Part shown: positions 17,730 through 26,759 of the stretch, one piece after another
Position numbering within the stretch: the stretch's first letter is position 1
How the letters are laid out: each line of letters starts with the position of its first letter
Source: Thermomicrobiales bacterium
Lineage (GTDB): Bacteria; Chloroflexota; Chloroflexia; Thermomicrobiales; UBA6265
Length of the DNA: 40,647 nucleotides
NCBI GenBank assembly: GCA_041743205.1
Contig: JBGTNF010000149.1
Span: 1 to 40,647 of the forward strand
Direction: 5' to 3'
The notes under the pieces: generated by a model
The model's input: only the letters and a program-made list of their open reading frames with translations
Databases searched by the model: none
What the model was told of the DNA's origin: nothing
Program-made: the position numbers and the translations under genes

Positions 17730-19157
17730 CTACGGCTGGTTTACGTACGCGTCAGCGTCATCGGCGGTGGCGAGCAGTTCGCTCTTCAAGTCCTCGTAGC
17801 CGCCACGGCCCATCAGGGCGTAGGTCGCGTTCTTGCCTGCCTCCACCCCCGGCTGCCCGAACGGGTTTACGCCGTAGAGGGCGCCGGCCATGACCGTTTG
17901 CAGCTGGAAGAGGTAGAAGAACTCGCCGACGATCCTCGCGTCGATCGTCGGGATCGTGATCGTCAGGTTCGGGCGCTGGGCTTCCGTCAGCGCCCACGAG
18001 GTCGCCAGCCGCTCGCGGTCGAGGAGTTGCCCGAGTTCCCCGCCGCTGAAGTAGCCGAGTTCCGGGATATCGTCCGGCGGGTTCGGGATGTCCACCGCGG
18101 CGCGGTACCGCTCGACCGCGACGAGTTGAATCAACTTGTCGTTCGGTCCCTCGGTGTAGAGCTGGATTTGCGAGTGCTGGTCGATCGCGCCGAGCGCCTT
18201 GATCGGCGTTTGCCCGGCGAAGACCACCTCGTTGTCGGTCGAAAGCTTCTTGCCGAGGCTCTCCGCCCACAATTGCCGGAACCAGTCGGCGATCCCGAAC
18301 AGGGAGTCCGCATAAGGCATCGTGACCAGCATCGACTTGCCGTGCTTCCGGTCCGAAAGCACCGAGAGCGCGGCGAGGAGGTAGGCTGGGTTTTCGCGCA
18401 CGTCCGGTGACGATGCCCGGTCCCGCATCGCCGCCGCGCCAGCCAGCAGCGCGTGGATATCGACGCCGGCCAGCGCGGCCGGGATCAGGCCGACGGCGCT
18501 GAGCACGGTTTGCCGGCCATCGACGCCCGGCGGCACCGGGAAGGTCCTGTACCCCTCCTGGTCGGCCATCTGCCGCAACAGGCCGGTGTCAGGGTCCGTG
18601 GTCGCCACGATTTGCTTGCGGGCCTGCTCGGCGCCCAACGCCGAGTACATCGCGTCCCGCACGACCAGGAAGTTGGCGGCGGTTTCGGCGGTTTGTCCCG
18701 ATTTGGAGACGACGTTGACGAGGGTCTTGTTCAGGTCGACCGTCGCCAACGTCGCCGACACCTTCTCGGGGTCCGGGTTGTCCAGCACGAAGAAGCGCGG
18801 CCCGCCGCGCTCGCCGGTCGGCAGCAGATTTCGGTACGGGTGGGTCAACGCCATGATCGTGGCGATCGCCCCGAGCGACGAGCCGCCGATGCCGATCAGG
18901 ATGAAATCGTCGTACCGCTCGCGGGCGTCGCGCGCGAACCCGGCGATCTCGTCGGCCAGCGCGGTATTGTCCGGGAGGTCCTGCCACCGCTGCACCTGGG
19001 CGGAGTGCTCGCTGGCAATGCGCGCGTGCTCGGTTCGCACGCGCTCGGCGACGCCGTCGAGGTCGGCGTCGGTGACGCCATGTTGCTCGCCCACGGCGGC
19101 GGAAGTGGCGTTGCGATAATCGATGACGATGCGGGAAGCGGTGGTCTGGGCGCTCAA
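17730..19157 (-). CDS. pgi: Glucose-6-phosphate isomerase
   Basis: The 475-aa ORF carries ILIGIGGSSLG (the SIS/PGI motif) and overall PGI-like organisation (VSKSGQTAET..., FAGQTPIKALGAIDQHSQIQLY). The TTG start at 19157 has AAGGA upstream. Confidence 0.88.
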   Translation of the reverse strand: MSAQTTASRIVIDYRNATSAAVGEQHGVTDADLDGVAERVRTEHARIASEHSAQVQRWQDLPDNTALADEIAGFARDARERYDDFILIGIGGSSLGAIATIMALTHPYRNLLPTGERGGPRFFVLDNPDPEKVSATLATVDLNKTLVNVVSKSGQTAETAANFLVVRDAMYSALGAEQARKQIVATTDPDTGLLRQMADQEGYRTFPVPPGVDGRQTVLSAVGLIPAALAGVDIHALLAGAAAMRDRASSPDVRENPAYLLAALSVLSDRKHGKSMLVTMPYADSLFGIADWFRQLWAESLGKKLSTDNEVVFAGQTPIKALGAIDQHSQIQLYTEGPNDKLIQLVAVERYRAAVDIPNPPDDIPELGYFSGGELGQLLDRERLATSWALTEAQRPNLTITIPTIDARIVGEFFYLFQLQTVMAGALYGVNPFGQPGVEAGKNATYALMGRGGYEDLKSELLATADDADAYVNQP

Positions 19158-19374
19158 TGAGGGTCCTTTCGGGAACGGGACGATTCCGGAACCAGGCAGA
19201 TGTCCCGGGACGAATACTCCACCGATGGTAGCACCCGCCCGGCGCCAGGCCCGCCGCGTCGTAGCTTGTTGGTATCATTCGGACGCTCACGATGGCCCAC
19301 AGAAGCCTGGGCACACAGGCGACCGGCCGCTTCGATCCCGATCGAGTGGCCCGGCAATCCAGGAGGAATCGTTC

Positions 19375-20784
19375 GTGGTTACACAGCAATCCAGCACGGG
19401 ACTCATGGCGTCGGACGACGTCTCGCCGGACGACCTCGACCAGATGGCGCGGGAACACGTTTGGGCGCATTCCCTGCCCTGGGTCGATGTGGCGGAGAAC
19501 GACGGCCTGCGGGTCTTCGCACGGGGCGACGGCGCCAAGCTGTGGGACATCCACGGCCGCGAATATATCGACGGCATCTCCGGCCTGTGGGTCGTCAACG
19601 CCGGCCACGGTCGCGCCGAAATCGGCGACGCGATGGCCGAGCAGGCGAAGCGGCTGGCCTACGTGTCGGCCGAGGCCTACACCACTGAACCCACCGTTCA
19701 CCTCGCTCACAAGCTGGCCGAAATCATGCCCGGTGACTTGTCCCGGGTCTACTTCTGTTCCGGTGGGTCCGAGGCGGTCGAGACGGCGCTGAAGATCGCC
19801 AAGCAGGTCCAGGCGATGCGGGGCTTCCCGCGCCGCTACAAGATTATTTCACGCCGCGGTTCGTACCATGGGATGACTCACGGCGCGATGAGCCTCACCG
19901 CCGTCCGCAACGAAGCCTTTTTCGGGCCGTTCATGTATGGCGTGTCGCACGTGCCGCACCCGAACCAGTACCGCTCCGATTTCGGCCTGGAGGGTGAAGC
20001 GGCCGACATCATGGCCGCGAAGTACGTCGAGCAGGAAATCGAGAACCAGGGACCGGAAACGGTCGCCGCCGTAATCGGCGAGCCGATTTCCAGCGCCGCC
20101 GGCGTGCATGTGCCATCCGCCACCTACTGGAAGATGCTGCGCGACATTTGTGACCGGCACGGCGTGTTGCTGATCGCCGACGAGGTCATCAACGGCTTCG
20201 GGCGCACCGGCAAGATGTTCGCGGTCGAGCACTTCGGGATCGTGCCGGACATCATGACCATCGCCAAGGCGCTGACGTCCGGCTACGCGCCGATGGCGGC
20301 CGCCGTCGTGCGGCCAGATGTCTTCGATGTCTTCACCCGTCAGGAAATGATCGGCATGGGCCACCTGCTCACCTTCGGCGGGCACCCGGTTTGCGCCGCG
20401 GCCGCGCTGAAGAACCTGGAGATCATCGAGGATGAGAACCTGGTCGAGCGCGGCGCTGACATGGGCGTCTACCTCCGCGACCGCCTTCAGGAGCTGCGGA
20501 GCCACCCCACCGTAGCCGAAGTGCGGGGACTGGGCATGCTCAACGCGATCCAGATCACCAGCGACAAGGCGACCAGGGGCAAGTGGAAGAAGGACTCGAA
20601 GTTTCCCAAGCGCCTGACCGCGTTGCTGGGGGAGCGCGGCTTCATCACGCGCGTCACCGGCGAGGTGATGCATTTCGCGCCGCCGCTCATCGTCTCCCGC
20701 GACCAGATCGACGCGATGGTCACGATCGCCGACGAATGCCTCACGATCGCCGAAAACGAGTTCGCCTCGGACATCACCGCCTGA
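19375..20784 (+). CDS. Class III PLP-dependent aminotransferase (omega-aminotransferase family)
   Basis: This is the inner part of ORF 19123..20784. The GTG start at 19375 has AGGAGGA 7 nt upstream. Motifs are GLWVVNAGHGR, CSGGSEAVETALK, ADEVINGFGRTGKMFA and IAKALTSGY. Confidence 0.85.
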   Translation: MVTQQSSTGLMASDDVSPDDLDQMAREHVWAHSLPWVDVAENDGLRVFARGDGAKLWDIHGREYIDGISGLWVVNAGHGRAEIGDAMAEQAKRLAYVSAEAYTTEPTVHLAHKLAEIMPGDLSRVYFCSGGSEAVETALKIAKQVQAMRGFPRRYKIISRRGSYHGMTHGAMSLTAVRNEAFFGPFMYGVSHVPHPNQYRSDFGLEGEAADIMAAKYVEQEIENQGPETVAAVIGEPISSAAGVHVPSATYWKMLRDICDRHGVLLIADEVINGFGRTGKMFAVEHFGIVPDIMTIAKALTSGYAPMAAAVVRPDVFDVFTRQEMIGMGHLLTFGGHPVCAAAALKNLEIIEDENLVERGADMGVYLRDRLQELRSHPTVAEVRGLGMLNAIQITSDKATRGKWKKDSKFPKRLTALLGERGFITRVTGEVMHFAPPLIVSRDQIDAMVTIADECLTIAENEFASDITA

Positions 20785-20881
20785 TCGGCGCCCATAACGA
20801 CAGAACGGCCCGGGTTCAGATGGAGCCTGGGCAGTTTCCTGGTTCGACTTCACGCGCCACTTCCCGGCTCGCTTCGTTTGC

Positions 20882-21052
20882 GTAGGGCTGCGGAGCTTGC
20901 TCCGCCCGTGGTGGGCCATACCAATCAACGTCGTTGGGAACCGCTTGGACGTGGATGCTTGCACGGAGCATCACCTGTCGCCTTTGATACGACGTGACTT
21001 CGTACGATGCTGGACGTCTTGCAAGAGGGCGGAGCAAGCTCCGCAACCCTAC
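20882..21052. repeat. Convergent pair of GTAG-headed REP-like units (20882-20911 forward, 21022-21052 reverse) around a spacer of about 110 bp
   Basis: The forward unit is GTAGGGCTG-CGGAG-CTTG-CTCCG-CCCGTGG. The reverse complement of the second unit is GTAGGGTTG-CGGAG-CTTG-CTCCG-CCCTCTTG. The pair lies between convergent genes. Confidence 0.7.
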
Positions 21053-21109
21053 GCAAATGTGAGATGTTGGTATCAAACTCCTCGGCACATTCGTCTCAAC
21101 CAGTCGACG

Positions 21110-21505
21110 CTACCGCCCTTTGCGGGCGTTGAAGCAATCGCGGCAATAGACCGGCCGGTCTCCCCTCGGTACGAACGGCACCTGCGTTTCGGCGCCGCAC
21201 GCCGCGCAGACCGTGTTGTACCGCTGTTGCGTCACCTTGGATCGACCGCCGGCCGATTGCGACGGGGCGCGGCCACGATTGCGTTCGACAGGCCTCGGCG
21301 ATTCCCCGAACGACAGCGCGTCGGACCGTTGGTAGAGACTGATCAGGTCCGAGTTCCGGGCCGCCCGCAACGTGCGGCGGCAATCCGGACATTCGCGCGG
21401 ATCGGTGAGGTCGCGATCGGCGCGAAACTGGCGTTCGGCGGTCGCCAAAAGGAACGGTTCGCCACAGGCCGCGCAGGTGATTTCGTAGGCAGGTTCGGCG
21501 CTCAT
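21110..21505 (-). CDS. Small double zinc-ribbon protein
   Basis: This is the C-terminal part of ORF 21110..22273. The start is ATG 21505 with GGAGA upstream. There are two CxxC...CxxC modules: CAACGEPFLLATAERQFRADRDLTDPRECPDC and CAACGAETQVPFVPRGDRPVYCRDC. The rest of the listed ORF is antisense to the ABC ATPase gene. Confidence 0.65.
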   Translation of the reverse strand: MSAEPAYEITCAACGEPFLLATAERQFRADRDLTDPRECPDCRRTLRAARNSDLISLYQRSDALSFGESPRPVERNRGRAPSQSAGGRSKVTQQRYNTVCAACGAETQVPFVPRGDRPVYCRDCFNARKGR

Positions 21506-21573
21506 GCGCTGTTTCTCCGATACAATGCCGGCAACTGGTCCCCTCTCGGGAATTGAAAGCGTACCACCAGGCG

Positions 21574-22638
21574 TCAGACCGCCGGTCGCGCCGTCGACGA
21601 GTACAAGTCCTGGATGACGTCTTCGATCGCCGGTTCGTCGAGGCGCATGTCGCGGATAGTCCCGAACGCTCCCATCAACGTCAGCACCTCCGGCGCGCTG
21701 CGGCGGTGACGGTCGAACGTCACTTTGACGCGAGGTCCATCCTGGCTGACGAGCGTGACATCGCCGGGGCGACCGGGCTCCGACAGGTCCGCCCGGGCCG
21801 CCAGGGCCGAAAGGTCCGGGACATCGTCGAAATCGAGCGTCAGCATCCGCCCGCGAGAGTATTGGGCACGAAGCGCCTCCAAATCTCCATCGTGGACGAT
21901 GCGCCCGTGATCGATCACGACGATGCGCTTGCACAGCCGTTCGATATCGGCCAGGTCGTGCGTGGTCAACAGGATGGTGACGCCCGATTCCCGGTTGAGT
22001 TCGGCAAGGAACTCGCGGATCCGCGTTTTGCCGACGAGGTCGAGCCCGATCGTCGGTTCGTCGAGGTAGAGGATGGGCGGCTCGTGCAGCAGGGCCGCCG
22101 CGAGATCGCCGCGCATCCGCTGGCCGAGCGATAGTTGACGCACCGGCGTCTGCCAGAACGGGCCGAGATCCAGCAACGCCGTCGCCCGAGCCAGGTTCTC
22201 CGCGAAACGGTCCTCGGGAATTTTGTATATGTATCGCAAAAGTTCGAGCGATTCCGAGAGCGGCAGGTCCCACCAGAGCTGCGTGCGCTGCCCGAAGACG
22301 ACCCCGATCTTCTGCGCCAGTTGTCGCCGCTCGTTCCAGGGCGTGTGGCCGGCCACGCTGACCTCGCCGCTCGAAGGGACGAGGATGCCAGTCAACATCT
22401 TGATCGTGGTCGATTTGCCGGCCCCGTTCGGCCCGATGTAGCCGACGATCTCGCCCGCCGGGATGTCGAACGAGACGGCGTCGACGGCGGTGACCTCCGT
22501 TCCGCTGCGATCGGCCAGGCCTCGCAGGGCGCCGAGCATGCCCGTTCGTTGCGTCCGGCGCCAGAATGACTTCTTCAGGTTCCGTGCGGAAATGATGGGG
22601 TCAGGCATGGTGGGATCAAACCTTTCACGAATGGCCAT
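21574..22638 (-). CDS. ABC transporter ATP-binding protein of an ABC-2-type exporter
   Basis: Motifs are Walker A GPNGAGKST, signature LSLGQRMR, Walker B ILYLDEPT and an H-loop at TTHD. The start is ATG 22638 or ATG 22608 (MPDPIISARNL). The first lies at the edge of a REP unit. Confidence 0.85.
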   Translation of the reverse strand: MAIRERFDPTMPDPIISARNLKKSFWRRTQRTGMLGALRGLADRSGTEVTAVDAVSFDIPAGEIVGYIGPNGAGKSTTIKMLTGILVPSSGEVSVAGHTPWNERRQLAQKIGVVFGQRTQLWWDLPLSESLELLRYIYKIPEDRFAENLARATALLDLGPFWQTPVRQLSLGQRMRGDLAAALLHEPPILYLDEPTIGLDLVGKTRIREFLAELNRESGVTILLTTHDLADIERLCKRIVVIDHGRIVHDGDLEALRAQYSRGRMLTLDFDDVPDLSALAARADLSEPGRPGDVTLVSQDGPRVKVTFDRHRRSAPEVLTLMGAFGTIRDMRLDEPAIEDVIQDLYSSTARPAV

Positions 22639-22641
22639 ATC

Positions 22642-22721
22642 GTAGGGCTGCCGAGCTTGTCTCGGCCCGTGGTTCGCGTCTGCCGATGGAGACGGGGCCG
22701 AGACAAACTCGGCAGCCCTAC
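22642..22721. repeat. Convergent pair of GTAG-headed REP-like units (22642-22672 forward, 22691-22721 reverse) inside the ABC operon
   Basis: The forward unit is GTAGGGCTG-CCGAG-CTTGT-CTCGG-CCCGTGG. The reverse complement of the second unit is GTAGGGCTG-CCGAG-TTTGT-CTCGG-CCCCGTC. The pair sits between the permease stop (22738) and the ATPase start. Confidence 0.75.
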
Positions 22722-22737
22722 CACGCCAGGTCGATCG

Positions 22738-23559
22738 TCAGCTCCCGGTCGAGCGGTAATGGCGGATCGCGAAGCTCCAGCACCTGCCGATGACGACGCA
22801 AAAGGCGATCGCAGCGACCGGCGCCGCGAATTGCGCCGCCTGGGGCAGTCCCAATGGGTCGGGCTTGTCCAGGAAATACAGTGACGGGTAGTACGTCATG
22901 AACCCGACCGGGATGACCCAGAGGAAGAGGAAGCGCAGGCCCTGCCGGAAGATGTGGAGCGGGTACTGCCCCAGGTCGGACCCGCCGTAGGTCAGCGCGT
23001 TGACGGCCTCGATCGAGTTCACCGTCCAGAAACTGATGATCGCCTCGATCGTGAAGACGGCTGCGAAAAGCGCCATGCCGCTCAGGATCACGACCGCCAT
23101 GTACGCGATTTTCGGTAGCGTCCAGTCGGTCGCCACCGTCGCCATGCCTATCCCCAGCAGCAGGATGCCCTGCCCGAGCAACCCGAAGTGCCGCAACGAC
23201 ACCTCATTAACCATTGCCTGGATGTAGGACGACATCGGCCGCACCAGCGTGCGGTCGAAATTGCCCTCGCGGATGAGGTCGGGCACGGTTTGCACGCCGT
23301 TGGCAACCGTGTCACCCAGGCTGAACATCACCATCGACAGCCCGTGGAGGAAGATGACGTCTTCCAGCGTCCAGCCGCCCAGGTCCTCGAAATGCTGGAA
23401 CAGCGACCAGAGCACGATAATCTCGGCGAAGTTGACGATGAAATTACCGACGATCTGCATCGCGAACGACGACCGGTACTGCATCTGGCCCCGCAGGCGG
23501 AGGGCCGCGATCCGCAGCGCGACGCGGATGTCGCTGCCCAATTCGGTCAGGTTACCCAC
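22738..23559 (-). CDS. ABC-2-type transporter permease
   Basis: The 273-aa polytopic membrane protein has about 6 hydrophobic helices and no antisense-like composition. It overlaps the upstream permease gene by 8 nt, which suggests an operon. Confidence 0.8.
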   Translation of the reverse strand: MGNLTELGSDIRVALRIAALRLRGQMQYRSSFAMQIVGNFIVNFAEIIVLWSLFQHFEDLGGWTLEDVIFLHGLSMVMFSLGDTVANGVQTVPDLIREGNFDRTLVRPMSSYIQAMVNEVSLRHFGLLGQGILLLGIGMATVATDWTLPKIAYMAVVILSGMALFAAVFTIEAIISFWTVNSIEAVNALTYGGSDLGQYPLHIFRQGLRFLFLWVIPVGFMTYYPSLYFLDKPDPLGLPQAAQFAAPVAAIAFCVVIGRCWSFAIRHYRSTGS

Positions 23560-24346
23560 CCTGCACCACCAGTCGCCGTTCGCCCTGCGCCATCAGCCAC
23601 CGGCACCCGAAGACGAGCAGGACAATCCAGGTCGCCTGGAACCCGAGACCTTCCAGAACCGGGATCTGCCCCAGGTAGATTTCGTTCGGGGTCATGATCA
23701 CGGCCCGGAACGGCAACGCATTGGCGGCGATTCTGATCGGATCGGGAAGGAAGGCGAGCGGCGCCAGCATTCCTGAGAGCACGTTGATCACCGCGGTGAA
23801 CATCGCGGCGACGCCCCGATAGTCCAGGACCCAGAACCCGGCGAGGTTCGCCAGGAACCTGAGGCAGAAACTGACGACCACCGCCATGGCAACAGAAACA
23901 AGGAACGCCGTTCCCCGCAGCCAGGAAGCGGGCGCCAGCAGGTCGAACACAATGACGCCGATCAGGAACGTCGGAATGCCGCGAATCAGGAAGTGGGCGA
24001 GGGCCCGGCCCAGGTCTCGCGACAGCCAGTAGGTGAAGTAGTCGTACGGCTTCAGCAGCTCGGTCACGATCGCGCCGGACTGGATGTTGCGGGTCACCTC
24101 CCACCAACCCCACAGGTACACCGTCATCAGCATCGACTGGTTGATCCACACCAACGTGATCGTCTGGTCCCGCGTCCACCCTTGCACTGCTTCGCCGCCG
24201 CCCCCCTGCGACTGGTAGAGCGCGAGGAAGACCGAGGCGATCATGACGCCGAACACGCCGTTGGTGAAGATGCCCGCCAGCGTGGCTCCACGGTAAGCGA
24301 GCGTTTGGGCGAACGACCTCCGGGCCAGTTCCACGAACAACCTCAC
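23552..24346 (-). CDS. ABC-2-type transporter permease (second subunit)
   Basis: Only the C-terminal 264 codons of ORF 23552..26101 look real (VRLFVELARRSFAQTLAYRG... with multiple TM helices). The GTG start at 24346 has GAAGAGG 6 nt upstream. The upstream 585 codons are antisense to pepF. Confidence 0.75.
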   Translation of the reverse strand: MRLFVELARRSFAQTLAYRGATLAGIFTNGVFGVMIASVFLALYQSQGGGGEAVQGWTRDQTITLVWINQSMLMTVYLWGWWEVTRNIQSGAIVTELLKPYDYFTYWLSRDLGRALAHFLIRGIPTFLIGVIVFDLLAPASWLRGTAFLVSVAMAVVVSFCLRFLANLAGFWVLDYRGVAAMFTAVINVLSGMLAPLAFLPDPIRIAANALPFRAVIMTPNEIYLGQIPVLEGLGFQATWIVLLVFGCRWLMAQGERRLVVQGG

Positions 24347-24541
24347 CGAACACCTCTTCGCTTTGGACGCACGGATAAAGCCCCGAAACGCGATTGCGCC
24401 GGGGTATGCTGGTTCACGCTGTATCGTCCGCCACGCGCGCGTCGCGTTGCGACCTCGGCTCGATAGGACCGGGCCGGGCATAATACACCAGGCTGTATCT
24501 TGAGGTCCACCGGACCCATTCTTTCGACGGAGAAATGCCCA

Positions 24542-26374
24542 GTGGCTGAAATGACCGCAATCCAGATTCCGACGCGCGACCAGATCGCTCTCGAAGATAC
24601 CTGGGACCTGACCACGATCTATCCCACCGACGACGCCTGGGAAGCGGAGTACGGAACGGTCGCCGCCGGACTGGAGGCCGCTACCGGATTTCGGGGCCGG
24701 CTCGGCGAGAGCCCCGCGGCGCTCCTCGAGGCGATGGACGCCATCTTCGGCTTGCAGCTCAGGATCACGCGCCTCGCGGTGTACGCCAGCCTGCGACGCG
24801 ACGAGGACTCCACCAGCTCCGAAGCCAACGTCCGCTACGAGCGCGCGATCGTCGCCTCGATCCAGGCCGGGGAAGCATTGGCCTTCCTCCAACCGGAAAT
24901 CCTGGCGTTGCCGGCTGACGTACTGGCCGGCCTGATCGCGGCGCCGGAGCTGGCGACTTACCGGCACATTCTCGAAGATCTCGAACGACGCCGCGCCCAC
25001 GTCCGCTCCGAAGAAGTCGAGGAAGTGCTCGCCCAGTACGCCGATGTCGCGCGCGCGTCGTCCGAGGCCTTCAATGCCCTGGACAACGCCGATCTCTCGT
25101 TTGGCGAGATCGAGGACGAGGGTGGCAACCGGATCGAGCTCTCCAAGGCCCGCTACGGGATGATGATGGAAAGTCCGGTCCGCGACCTTCGACGGCGCGC
25201 CTTCGGAACAATGGTCGACGCCTACCGGGACCACGCGCACACCATTGCCTCGCTGCACGGGTCGTCCGTGCGCAAGGACGTGGCGGCGGCGCGCGTGCGT
25301 GGCTATGACTCCGCCCTGGACGAAGCGCTGTTCGACGACGCCATGCCCACCTCGGTCTACCACGAGTTGCTGAACGCGGTGCGGGATGCCCAGCCGCTGA
25401 TCGAGCGGTCGCTGACCCTGCGGAAACGCGCCCTCGGCCTCGACGAACTGGAGCGATTCGACCTCCGCGTGCCGCTCGCCACCGAGTCCCGCCGGACGTA
25501 TGACTACCGTGATGCCGTGGGGATCGTGCTCGATGGCGTCGGCGCCCTCGGCGATCGCTACGTGAGCGATCTTCGCGTCGGGTTCGATTCGCGCTGGGTC
25601 GATGTCCACGAGACGCAGAACAAGCGCTCCGGGGCCTATTCCTGGGGTGTCTACGGCGCGCCGCCGGTGATGTTGATGAACTGGAACGGCACGCAATCCG
25701 ACGTCTTCACGCTGGCCCACGAAGCTGGCCACGCCATGCACTCGTTCTACGCGAACCAGGCCCAACCCTTCCACACCGCCGGTTACCCGATTTTCCTCGC
25801 CGAGATCGCCTCGACCGTGAACGAGGTGCTCCTGACCTGGCATCTGCTTGGAACCGACGAAGGCAAGGAGCCTGCCGGCCGCTTCTCGTTGCTCAACCGC
25901 TTCGTGGACGGGTTCGAAGGCACCATCATCAACCAGGCGATGTACGCTGATTTCGAGCTTCGGACGCACACCGCCGCCGAGGCCGGCCAGCCGCTCACCC
26001 TGGAGTTCCTCAACGAGCAGTTTGGCGAAGTCCAGACCATCTACTCGCCGGGCGTGGTGGTCAACGCGGACACCGCCCTGCATTGGGCGCGAGTCCCACA
26101 CTTCTACCGCGCCTACTACGTCTTCCAGTACGCGACCGGGCTCGCCTCGGCAATCAACATCGCCCGCGCGGTGCGTGACGAAGGCGAGCCCGCCCGCAGG
26201 CGGTACCTGGAGATGCTCGCCGCCGGTGGGTCCGACTACCCCTTGACGCTGCTCGCGAACACCGGGGTCGACCTCTCGACGTCAGACCCGATCCGCGTCG
26301 CCTTCGAGGAGTTCGAACAGGCGATCGCCGAAATGGAGCGGCTCGTCGATGATGGCGTCCTGAACCGCTCTTGA
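24542..26374 (+). CDS. pepF: Oligoendopeptidase F (M3B metallopeptidase)
   Basis: The zinc motif is HEAGHAMH (HExxH), and length and overall organisation fit M3B. The preferred start is GTG 24542, with GGAGAA 7 nt upstream. ATG 24551 is an alternative. Confidence 0.88.
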   Translation: MAEMTAIQIPTRDQIALEDTWDLTTIYPTDDAWEAEYGTVAAGLEAATGFRGRLGESPAALLEAMDAIFGLQLRITRLAVYASLRRDEDSTSSEANVRYERAIVASIQAGEALAFLQPEILALPADVLAGLIAAPELATYRHILEDLERRRAHVRSEEVEEVLAQYADVARASSEAFNALDNADLSFGEIEDEGGNRIELSKARYGMMMESPVRDLRRRAFGTMVDAYRDHAHTIASLHGSSVRKDVAAARVRGYDSALDEALFDDAMPTSVYHELLNAVRDAQPLIERSLTLRKRALGLDELERFDLRVPLATESRRTYDYRDAVGIVLDGVGALGDRYVSDLRVGFDSRWVDVHETQNKRSGAYSWGVYGAPPVMLMNWNGTQSDVFTLAHEAGHAMHSFYANQAQPFHTAGYPIFLAEIASTVNEVLLTWHLLGTDEGKEPAGRFSLLNRFVDGFEGTIINQAMYADFELRTHTAAEAGQPLTLEFLNEQFGEVQTIYSPGVVVNADTALHWARVPHFYRAYYVFQYATGLASAINIARAVRDEGEPARRRYLEMLAAGGSDYPLTLLANTGVDLSTSDPIRVAFEEFEQAIAEMERLVDDGVLNRS

Positions 26375-26388
26375 CCCGCCCTGGTTCG

Positions 26389-26428
26389 TGCATCACCCTG
26401 GTTGCGACGGGTGATGCATATTTGTTGT
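26389..26428 (+). terminator. Rho-independent terminator downstream of pepF
   Basis: A perfect 10-bp stem pairs TGCATCACCC (26389-26398) with GGGTGATGCA (26409-26418). The loop is 10 nt, followed by TATTTGTTGT. It lies 15 nt after the stop codon. Confidence 0.7.
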
Positions 26429-26480
26429 CCACGATCAGCGTTGACCAGGTCCGATTCGCCGCTGCGGCGTATCCAGCAGG

Positions 26481-26532
26481 GCCGAGATTCCTCTGGTCGC
26501 TGGCGCCTCGCTTCGCTGCCCGACGGAATGAC
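26481..26532. repeat. Copy of the GTCATTCCG...GCGAAGCGAGG...GAGGAATC repeat, in reverse orientation
   Basis: The reverse complement reads GTCATTCCGTCGGGCAGCGAAGCGAGGCGCCAGCGACCAGAGGAATCTCGGC. It shares the GTCATTCCG head and GAGGAATC tail with 11714..11740. Confidence 0.45.
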
Positions 26533-26590
26533 ACAAGGTTGCGCAGCGACACATTGGCGCGGCTTCCGGAAAGGGTGCTACACCCGTTTT

Positions 26591-26660
26591 GTAGGGGAGG
26601 GCTAACGGGCACAACGTGTTGCGCAACGGCACCGACCCTGCCCGTGTATGCCCTCCCGTG
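26591..26660. repeat. GTAG-headed REP-like unit with an extended hairpin
   Basis: The sequence is GTAGGG-GAGGGC-taacgggca...tgcccgtgtat-GCCCTC-CCGTG. It has the same head and tail as the other units but a different stem. An inner ACGGGCA/TGCCCGT pairing is also present. Confidence 0.5.
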
Positions 26661-26759
26661 TCTGGGCGAACGCACTGATCGTGTTGAAACTCGACCATGC
26701 CACTCACGGCGTCTGCGCCCGACACCGCGACGATTCGCGAATTTTGAACCGGGAGCTCA

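Noticed and set aside
21506-22273. N-terminal 256 codons of ORF 21110..22273
   Set aside because: This stretch is antisense to the ABC ATPase gene and has an Arg/Pro/Gly-rich translation. The zinc-ribbon protein has its own ATG and SD at 21505.
3911-22721. The repeated GTAGGG units as a CRISPR array
   Set aside because: The units are dispersed over the window in opposed pairs, with irregular spacing and no uniform spacers. There is no cas gene. This is a REP/BIME-like architecture instead.
24347-26101. The upstream 585 codons of the 849-aa minus-strand ORF 23552..26101
   Set aside because: It lies exactly antisense to pepF, which has an HExxH motif and full-length M3B organisation. The translation is Gly/Arg/Val/Asp-rich with no recognisable domain. 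Only the last 264 codons form a membrane permease, which has its own SD and GTG start.
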